NCBI GenBank assembly: GCA_049280815.1
Contig: JBAPQW010000041.1
Coordinates: forward strand, 29,031 to 93,030
Reading direction: 5' to 3'
Source: Verrucomicrobiia bacterium
GTDB lineage: Bacteria; Verrucomicrobiota; Verrucomicrobiia; Limisphaerales; UBA11358
Length of the DNA stretch: 64,000 nt
The notes under the pieces were generated by a model, which saw nothing but the letters and a program-made list of their open reading frames with translations, had not been told where the DNA came from and ran no database searches. Each line of letters opens with the position of its first letter. Position 1 is the stretch's first letter. This document shows, in pieces, positions 57,289-64,000 of this stretch. The position numbers and the translations under genes are program-made.

Positions 57289-57710
57289 GGGACAACGGGC
57301 GGGGTGACGGCGCCCGGCAGGGTGGCCAGCAGCGCATTGGTGATGCCGGCGTTGCGCGCCAGCAGCGTCAAGCGGACGAGCTGCTCGTAGGTCACGGCCT
57401 GGTCGGCCTGGATCACGAGCGTGAGCGGTTCGCGGGACTTATGGACGGCGGTGAGGAGGGCCGATCTCAATTTGGTTTCAGTGACGATCTGGTTGGCGAC
57501 ATAAAACCGTCCGCCGGCATCCACGGCGACGGCGACGGTGGGTTTGTCCGTGCCAGGCAGATCGCTGGCCAGGGGCAGCCGGAGCGGCAGGCCGGGCGTG
57601 GGCAGCAGCCCGCCGAGCATCAGGAAAATGACCAGCAGAAACAGGACCGCCGCGAACGGCGCCATGTCAAACGGGCCGCGCAACAGCCGGGAATGACGCG
57701 GAAATTTCAT
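57285..57710 (-). CDS. exbD: biopolymer transporter ExbD/TolR
   Basis: 141 aa with an N-terminal TM helix and the typical ExbD periplasmic domain (VAVAVDAGGRFYVANQ). Confidence 0.8.
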   Translation of the reverse strand: MKFPRHSRLLRGPFDMAPFAAVLFLLVIFLMLGGLLPTPGLPLRLPLASDLPGTDKPTVAVAVDAGGRFYVANQIVTETKLRSALLTAVHKSREPLTLVIQADQAVTYEQLVRLTLLARNAGITNALLATLPGAVTPPVVP

Positions 57711-57827
57711 GCCTGGAAAAACCGGACGCGCATTTCACGGATTCGCAGAGATTGATTTGTTGAACGGGTCCTCACGCAGGTCTTTGCCAAGGGTTGGTCA
57801 TGGTGAAAATTGGTGTCATCCGGGTCC

Positions 57828-58451
57828 TTACTTGGAAGGCCCGTTGCCGTTCTCGGTGAGGATGTTGACGATTTCGGCGGCGGTGCGTTCCATGTCGAGC
57901 ACGATTTTATTGATGCGGCTGACGAGATAATTGTAACCGGCATGAACGGGAATGGCCACGGCGATGCCGGCCGCCGCGCAAATCAGCGCCTCCCAGACCC
58001 CGGCCGAAAGGGTGTTGAGGTGCGCATAAAGGCCGTCCGCCTGCAATTGCATGAAGATGCGGATGAAGCCGATGATGGTGCCCAGCAGGCCCAACAACGG
58101 GGCGATCTGGGCGATGGTTGCGAGCAGGTTGAGCCGTTCCTCCAGCAGCGGCACCTCGGTGAGGCCGGCTTCCTCGACCGCCTCCCGCACGCGCTCACGG
58201 CCGCGGTCGCGGTTGAGGATGGCGGTTTTGACGATGCGCGCCACGGGCCCGGGCGTGGCGTCGCAGATGGAAATGGCCTCGACGACATTGTCGCGTTTGA
58301 GCACGGTGCGGACACCGTTGAGAAATTCGGCGGAATTGATCTGGGAACGATGACAATAGAGCACGCGTTCGATGAAGGTGGCGAGGGCGATGGCCGCGGC
58401 GAGCATAATCAGCCAGATCACCGGGCCGCCATTGGACAGAAGCATTGGCAT
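57828..58451 (-). CDS. exbB: MotA/TolQ/ExbB proton-channel protein
   Basis: Three TM helices and the conserved APLLGLLGTIIG motif. Confidence 0.85.
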   Translation of the reverse strand: MPMLLSNGGPVIWLIMLAAAIALATFIERVLYCHRSQINSAEFLNGVRTVLKRDNVVEAISICDATPGPVARIVKTAILNRDRGRERVREAVEEAGLTEVPLLEERLNLLATIAQIAPLLGLLGTIIGFIRIFMQLQADGLYAHLNTLSAGVWEALICAAAGIAVAIPVHAGYNYLVSRINKIVLDMERTAAEIVNILTENGNGPSK

Positions 58452-58616
58452 GAAGTTTTTATAGGCGTTTGCAGCCGAACTTCAAAGCGCAAAGTTGGGC
58501 GGCCAAGAGCAGAAATTAAAATTCCGAACCCGGAAGTTGCGCCGGACAATCGCGGCGGGCGCTGTTCCGATTTCTAAATTCTGGCTTCCGGCTTCCGGGT
58601 TCAGTATTCTTGCGGC

Positions 58617-58997
58617 ATGGAAAAGCCCGACCAGTTTTGCGAATTGTTCCGCATGCAAAAGGCCCTCAACGAACGCATCGGTGTCCACACCGGGAGCATG
58701 AACGAGGAGGAAAAGACACGATGGATTTTGAACTACTGCCGCGCGATGTCGCAGGAAATGGCCGAACTCACCGACAGCGTGCCGTGGAAATGGTGGGCCA
58801 AATACCAGAAATTCGACGAACAGAACGCGCGCGTCGAGGTGGTGGATCTGTTTCACTTCCTCATCAGCCTGGCCCAGGTGCTCGGCATGAGCGCCGATGA
58901 CGTCTTTGCCGCCTATGTCAAAAAGAACGAGGTGAATTTCAAGCGGCAGGAATCCGGCTACACGGCGAAGGACGAGGGCGATTCGAAACACATTTAA
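58617..58997 (+). CDS. all-alpha dimeric dUTPase-family (MazG-like) NTP pyrophosphatase
   Basis: EMAELTDSVPWKWW and VEVVDLFHFL resemble the dimeric dUTPase (dUTPase_2) family. Confidence 0.6.
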   Translation: MEKPDQFCELFRMQKALNERIGVHTGSMNEEEKTRWILNYCRAMSQEMAELTDSVPWKWWAKYQKFDEQNARVEVVDLFHFLISLAQVLGMSADDVFAAYVKKNEVNFKRQESGYTAKDEGDSKHI

Positions 58998-59022
58998 TTC
59001 CGCGCGCCTTATATTATTATTT

Positions 59023-60498
59023 ATGGGTCTTATTTTCAAAGACGCGAACGACCAGCTGCCGCCGAACCCGAAAGCCGCCCGCACGCGGGCCATCCTGTTG
59101 TCGCTGCCCTTTGCCATCGTAGGAATCGTCGCGCTCGCCTTTCTTTTGCACGACGAAATTGGCAGCGGCTTTGGAATGAAAAAGCAAATGGCGACGGGAC
59201 TTTTGAGCGTGGTTGTCGTTTGCGGAGGACTCATTGCCCTCATCTTCGGCATCAACGCCAAGAAACAGGCGCTGAAGGCCGGGTCGTTGAAATCCGGCGA
59301 TGGCGAAAAACCCTGGCTTCAGCGCGGTGATTGGGCCGCGGGCCGCATTCTTTCGTCGTCGCGCCGCGCCATTTTGCTGCTGTGGATTTTTGTGATTTTT
59401 TGGAACGTCATTTCCGCCGTGATTGCGTTCGTGGTCGTATCGCAGGCGGTCCAGTCCGGCAACCATGCCGCGTTCATCGCGTTGATTTTTCCCGTCGTGG
59501 GCATTGCCGTGCTGTTTTATGCCGCGAAAACCACGCTGGCGTGGCGGCGATTCGGACAATCCAGTTTTGAAATGGCGGCGGTTCCCGGCGCGCTCGGCGG
59601 CACCCTCGAAGGGATGATCCAGGTCAAAGGACGATTGGAGCCGGAACACGGCCTGCATCTGCGGTTGAGTTGCGTCCGCCGCGCGACCAGCGGTTCGGGC
59701 AATAATCGCAGCACAACCGAAAGAATCCTCTGGCAGGACGAAAAATGGCTGCGCGCCGACCTGCCGCAAACCGATTTGAACGCAACGGGCATTCCCATTT
59801 ACTTCCGATTGCCGGACAACCTGCCCGAATCCAACGCAAGCCGGGGCGACGGGATTCATTGGAAGTTGGAAGCCTCAGCCCGGTTGCGCGGCCCGGATTT
59901 CGACGCGACGTTTGAAGTGCCCGTTTTTAAACTGGCGGAGACGCCGGCGCCGTCCGACGATCCGACCGCACCCTTCCAGATGTCGCTCGACGATGTCCGG
60001 CGGCTGATTCACTCTCGCATCCAGGTGAACGACCTTCCGGGGGGCGGCCGGGAATTCGTTTTTCCCTCGGCGCGCAATCCCGGCTTCGCCACCGGCGCGA
60101 CGGCGATCTGGCTGATTTGGACGGGCATCATCGTCCTGCTGCTTTGCAAGCACGCACCGCTCCTGTTCCCGCTGGCCTTCGGGGCGGTGGATTTGCTGAT
60201 GACCGTGTTTGTGGTTGACCTTTGGTTTCGCTACAGCCGGGTGGTGGTTACACCGGAACGGGTCCAAATTGAAACTTCCTGGCTGGGGATAAAAAAGCGG
60301 CGCACGCTCGAAATATCCGGCCTGGCAAATATCTCGGCCGAGGTCGGCGCCACCGCCGGACATTCGGCCTATTACGACTTGAAAATCCGGACCCGCGACC
60401 GCCAGGACTTCACGGCGGCCAAAAATCTCGGCAGCAAACCGGAAGCCGACTGGCTCGTTCGGGAAATGAGCACGGCCCTGAAGCGTCCGCCGGCTTGA
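59023..60498 (+). CDS. multi-pass membrane protein, unknown function
   Basis: 491 aa with six predicted TM helices in three pairs. Between and after them are a beta-rich soluble module and a C-terminal bPH-like module. Confidence 0.6.
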   Translation: MGLIFKDANDQLPPNPKAARTRAILLSLPFAIVGIVALAFLLHDEIGSGFGMKKQMATGLLSVVVVCGGLIALIFGINAKKQALKAGSLKSGDGEKPWLQRGDWAAGRILSSSRRAILLLWIFVIFWNVISAVIAFVVVSQAVQSGNHAAFIALIFPVVGIAVLFYAAKTTLAWRRFGQSSFEMAAVPGALGGTLEGMIQVKGRLEPEHGLHLRLSCVRRATSGSGNNRSTTERILWQDEKWLRADLPQTDLNATGIPIYFRLPDNLPESNASRGDGIHWKLEASARLRGPDFDATFEVPVFKLAETPAPSDDPTAPFQMSLDDVRRLIHSRIQVNDLPGGGREFVFPSARNPGFATGATAIWLIWTGIIVLLLCKHAPLLFPLAFGAVDLLMTVFVVDLWFRYSRVVVTPERVQIETSWLGIKKRRTLEISGLANISAEVGATAGHSAYYDLKIRTRDRQDFTAAKNLGSKPEADWLVREMSTALKRPPA

Positions 60499-60547
60499 CG
60501 TAAAAATTTCTCGGCAAGCGCCGGCGAACGGCTACCATCGTCCGCAA

Positions 60548-61171
60548 ATGGCGCGCCCAGTCAGCAACCAGCCTTCCGGAAAGACCGTTCCGCCGCGCTG
60601 GCGACAGGAGGTCGAACGCATCCTCATCACGGAAGGCCAGATCGCCCGGCGCATCCGCACGCTGGCGCGCGACATCGAGCGCGATTTTCGCGGGCGCGAA
60701 ACGGTGGTCGTCTCCCTGCTCAACGGCACCGTCATGTTCCTGGCGGATTTGATCCGCCATCTCAACCTGCCGTTGCGGCTGGATTTCATCGGCGTGTCCA
60801 GCTACGGCGCCGGCACGGAATCTGGCGACCTGGTGTTCACCAAGGAATTGCGGCTGGACATGCGCGGGCGCGACGTGCTGCTGGTGGATGACATCCTGGA
60901 CACCGGCAAGACCATGAGCCGCGTGCTGCCCAAACTTCGCGCTCTCAAGCCGCGCCGGATCAAGGTATGCGTGCTGCTCGACAAACCGGTGCGCCGGGTC
61001 GAAGACGTCAAGGCCGACTATGTCGGTTTTGAAATCCCGGATTATTTTGTCGTGGGTTATGGCCTCGATTTTGCCGAACGTTACCGGAACCTGCCATTCG
61101 TCGGGGTTTTGCATCCGCACGTTTACAAGCAGGCCTGCCAGCGCGTCAATGAGGCCTTTGGGCAGAAGTAA
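60548..61171 (+). CDS. hpt: hypoxanthine phosphoribosyltransferase
   Basis: PRPP motif VLLVDDILDTGKT. The flexible loop SSYG is also present. Confidence 0.9.
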   Translation: MARPVSNQPSGKTVPPRWRQEVERILITEGQIARRIRTLARDIERDFRGRETVVVSLLNGTVMFLADLIRHLNLPLRLDFIGVSSYGAGTESGDLVFTKELRLDMRGRDVLLVDDILDTGKTMSRVLPKLRALKPRRIKVCVLLDKPVRRVEDVKADYVGFEIPDYFVVGYGLDFAERYRNLPFVGVLHPHVYKQACQRVNEAFGQK

Positions 61172-61174
61172 ATC

Positions 61175-62449
61175 ATGGAATTGAAATTCATCAGTCTGCT
61201 GGGCTGGTTCACCATGATTGCGGTGGCCTGGGCCATTTCCTGCAACCGCAAATTGTTTCCCTGGCGGACGGTCATTTGGGGCGTCGGCCTGCAATTCACC
61301 CTGGCCGTGCTGATTTTAAAAATGCCGTGGGGCGGCCTGTTGTTTGAATTCGCCGGCAAGGTGATCCAGAAGCTCATCCAGTTTTCCAACGAGGGCTGCA
61401 AATTCGTTTTCGGCCCCCTGGCGGATGAAGGCTTGCTGGCGGATAAATTTGGCCCGGGCAACGGCGTGGTTTTCGCCATTCTCGTCATGGGCACCATCAT
61501 TGTCGTCGCTTGCCTTTCATCGCTGCTTTACCACTGGGGCATTCTGCAGCGTGTGGTGCGCGCCATCGCCTGGGCGATGCGCAAGATCATGCGCACCAGC
61601 GGCAGCGAGACGCTTTCCGCCTGCGCCAACATTTTCATGGGCCAGACCGAGGCCCCGCTCATGATCCGGCCCTACGTCCCGCGCCTGACGCACAGCGAAT
61701 TGATGACCGTCATGGTCTGCGGCATGGCACACATCGCCGGCGGCGTCGCCGCGGTCTATGCGGACATGGGCTACCGGGCGGGCTACCACAACACTGCCGG
61801 ACATCTGCTGGCGGCCTCGGTGCTGAATTGTCCCGCCGCGTTGCTGATCGCGAAAATCCTGGTACCCGAGACCGAAATCAGCGAGACCGCCGCCAGCGCG
61901 CCGGCAACCGTTCCCCGCACGACCGTCAACTCCATTGACGCGATCTGCCGCGGCGCGGGCGATGGGTTCCATCTGGCGTTGAACGTCATCGCCATGCTCA
62001 TTGCGTTTATTGCCATGATCGGGCTGGCGAATTACATCATCCAGTTTCCGCAAACGCATCTCCTCGGCGTGGCCCATCCGGTTCAATTACAAACGCTGTT
62101 CGGCTGGGTCAACGCCCCGTTCGCCTGGCTCATGGGCGTGCCGGCGCAGGATTGCGTGAACGTCGGGCAGATCCTGGGCGAGCGTATCGTGCTGAACGAA
62201 TTCGTCGGGTACCTCGACCTCACGACCAACGCGAAACAACTGGCGCTCGACCCGCGCAGTTTCACGATTGCCACCTATGCGCTGTGCGGGTTCGCGAATT
62301 TCTCGAGCATCGCCATCCAGGTGGGCGGCATCGGCTCGCTCGCGCCCGAACGCCGCAGCGAAATGGCCAAAATCGGTTTTCGCGCGATGTGCGGTGGGCT
62401 GCTCGCCGCCTATATGACCGCCTCGCTGGCGGGCTTCCTCTTGCCATAA
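61175..62449 (+). CDS. nupC: NupC/NupG-family concentrative nucleoside transporter
   Basis: N-terminal LLGWFTMIAVAW..., GSETLSACANIFMGQTEAPL and NEFVGY motifs. Confidence 0.85.
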   Translation: MELKFISLLGWFTMIAVAWAISCNRKLFPWRTVIWGVGLQFTLAVLILKMPWGGLLFEFAGKVIQKLIQFSNEGCKFVFGPLADEGLLADKFGPGNGVVFAILVMGTIIVVACLSSLLYHWGILQRVVRAIAWAMRKIMRTSGSETLSACANIFMGQTEAPLMIRPYVPRLTHSELMTVMVCGMAHIAGGVAAVYADMGYRAGYHNTAGHLLAASVLNCPAALLIAKILVPETEISETAASAPATVPRTTVNSIDAICRGAGDGFHLALNVIAMLIAFIAMIGLANYIIQFPQTHLLGVAHPVQLQTLFGWVNAPFAWLMGVPAQDCVNVGQILGERIVLNEFVGYLDLTTNAKQLALDPRSFTIATYALCGFANFSSIAIQVGGIGSLAPERRSEMAKIGFRAMCGGLLAAYMTASLAGFLLP

Positions 62450-62494
62450 CTGATTTGATTTACTCCGGGTGTTGAGTTAGCGTCCGATTCTGTC

Positions 62495-63733
62495 ATGGCA
62501 TTTCTCAACGACAATTATCTCAAGCTGAAGGCCGGGTACCTGTTTCCGGAAATCGGACGCCGGGTGAAGATGTTTTGCGAGGCGAGCCCCGAGGCGGCCA
62601 GACGCCTCATCCGTTGCGGCATCGGCGATGTGACCGAGCCTTTGCCAGCCGCCGCCATCGGTGCCATGCACCAGGCGGTGGACGAAATGGCGGTGCGCGA
62701 AACCTTCAAAGGTTATGGTCCCGAGCAGGGCTACGAATGGCTGCGCGCCGTCATTGCCAAAAATGAATTCCGCGACCGGGGCTGTGACGTTGCCGATGAC
62801 GAGATTTTTGTCAGCGACGGTTCCAAATGCGATTGCGGCAACATCCTGGATATTTTTGGACCCAAAAACAAAATCGCCGTCAGCGACCCGGTGTATCCGG
62901 TCTATGTGGACACGAACGTGATGGCCGGCCACACCGGCGAGGCCAACGAAGCCGGGGCCTATGCAAAGCTCGTTTATCTGCCGTGCCGTCCCAGCAACGG
63001 ATTTATTCCCGAGCCGCCGAAACGGCACGTGGACGTGATCTATCTTTGCTCGCCGAACAATCCGACCGGCGCGGCAGCCACACGGCCGCAACTCGAGGCC
63101 TGGGTGAAATACGCACTCGAACACAAGGCCGTCATATTGTTCGACGCGGCCTACGAGGCGTACATCACCGATCCGGCGTTGCCGCATTCGATCTACGAAA
63201 TCCCCGGTGCGCGCGAGTGCGCCATCGAATTCCGCAGCTGCTCGAAAAACGGCGGGTTCACCGGCGTGCGCTGCGCGTTCACGGCGGTGCCGAAATCGCT
63301 TAACGCCCAGACGAAGGCTGGCGGGTTCCAGCCGCTGCATCCGCTCTGGCTGCGGCGCATGACGACAAAATTTAACGGCGTGAGTTACATGGTGCAACGC
63401 GGCGCGGAGGCGCTTTACTCGCCCGAGGGCAAGGTCCAGGTCCAGGCGCTCATCGCGCATTATCTTGGCAATGCGAATGTGCTCCGCGAAGGCGCCAAGC
63501 AGGCGCACTTGAAAGTTTTTGGCGGCGTCAACGCGCCTTACATCTGGGTGAAGGCCCCGAAAGGCGTCACGAGCTGGCAGGCATTTGATAAAATCCTGGG
63601 TGAAGCGAATGTGGTCATCACCCCTGGCAGCGGGTTCGGCGCGAAAGGTGAGGGGTATTTTCGCATCAGCGCCTTCAACAGCCGCGCCAATGCCGAGGAA
63701 GTCGCGCGCCGTTTGCCGGAGTTGAAGTGGTAA
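62495..63733 (+). CDS. dapL: LL-diaminopimelate aminotransferase
   Basis: [17 protein letters not shown]-terminus and the [13 protein letters not shown]-lysine region. Confidence 0.9.
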   Translation: MAFLNDNYLKLKAGYLFPEIGRRVKMFCEASPEAARRLIRCGIGDVTEPLPAAAIGAMHQAVDEMAVRETFKGYGPEQGYEWLRAVIAKNEFRDRGCDVADDEIFVSDGSKCDCGNILDIFGPKNKIAVSDPVYPVYVDTNVMAGHTGEANEAGAYAKLVYLPCRPSNGFIPEPPKRHVDVIYLCSPNNPTGAAATRPQLEAWVKYALEHKAVILFDAAYEAYITDPALPHSIYEIPGARECAIEFRSCSKNGGFTGVRCAFTAVPKSLNAQTKAGGFQPLHPLWLRRMTTKFNGVSYMVQRGAEALYSPEGKVQVQALIAHYLGNANVLREGAKQAHLKVFGGVNAPYIWVKAPKGVTSWQAFDKILGEANVVITPGSGFGAKGEGYFRISAFNSRANAEEVARRLPELKW

Positions 63734-63910
63734 ATTCTGACGTAGCCGCGTCTCGGCAGAGCGCCGCCAACGCCCGCAGTAATGTCAAATGGCGGCTTTC
63801 AGCAGAAAGCCATTACGCCACGGGCGGAAGTTGGAGGATGTTGTGGGTTTGTTGAGCAGCAGCCAAATTAATCATTTCCCATCAACCGCAAGCTTGATGG
63901 ATTGTAAATT

Positions 63911-64000
63911 GTGAACATCGTTGTCTGGATAACCTTGGGACTGGTTTTGGCCCGGCTGGCAATGGAACTCTGGCTGGCATTGCTCAACCGTCGTCATGTG
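63911..64000 (+). CDS. possible start of an M48 (Ste24-like) peptidase, cut by window end
   Basis: GTG-initiated VNIVVWITLGLVLARLAMELWLALLNRRHV resembles the Peptidase_M48_N start. Only 30 codons are visible. Confidence 0.3.
   Translation, partial: MNIVVWITLGLVLARLAMELWLALLNRRHV

Noticed and set aside
58525-58601. Long-range inverted repeat gaacccggaag ... cttccgggttc in the exbB / dUTPase divergent promoter.
   Set aside because: It is an 11-bp match separated by about 50 nt. That could be an operator or an RNA structure, but a single occurrence of this length in GC-rich DNA is not distinguishable from chance.
60499-60547. Purine or other riboswitches upstream of hpt, nupC, guaB and dapL.
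   Set aside because: The spacers are 3-50 nt (60499-60547, 61172-61174, 53492-53539, 62450-62494), too short for any known aptamer.

Overview
High-GC (about 60%) chromosomal segment. It most likely comes from a PVC-superphylum bacterium, Verrucomicrobiota-like. That is inference only, from prepilin-type N-terminal proteins, giant MBG/Ig-repeat surface proteins and typical REP-like palindromes. I call about 60 protein genes and one tRNA-Val. I see no rRNA, CRISPR array, transposase or integrase. Blocks in order: (1) 1-7 kb holds an acs-DUF4239-MFS operon, a 2-hydroxyacid dehydrogenase and LemA-TPM-TPM. (2) 7.2-13.4 kb holds a head-to-tail array of three homologous cassettes (conserved about 95-nt upstream element, secreted surface-protein gene, orphan receiver gene). 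(3) 13.5-17.6 kb holds an HMGL-like aldolase and a Pat-like ADP-forming acyl-CoA synthetase/GNAT protein. (4) 18-30 kb holds a PocR/AraC regulator divergent from hoxEFUYH (NAD-coupled bidirectional [NiFe] hydrogenase), followed by hoxW-hypFCDE. (5) 30-37 kb holds a second surface-protein locus: LytTR regulator, fourth copy of the upstream element and a 1305-aa adhesin-like protein. (6) 37-47.5 kb holds GH57/DUF4912 glycogen genes, GH42, tRNA-Val, lepB and galE. (7) 47.6-53 kb holds a nikR operon with unusual exported partners, divergent from a cbi(M-PDGLE)QO Ni/Co ECF transporter. (8) 53-64 kb holds guaB, a TPR lipoprotein, exbB-exbD-tonB-like, a dimeric dUTPase, hpt, nupC and dapL. The most unusual signal is the recombination-shaped surface-protein cassette system. 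It has a shared 5' element in four copies, a shared about 65-aa C-terminal domain ending FYRL/FFRL/FFRV on four otherwise unrelated secreted proteins, receiver genes carrying the stump of a histidine kinase, and one collapsed (empty) cassette. All functions are inferred from translated-sequence motifs read by eye. No database search was run.
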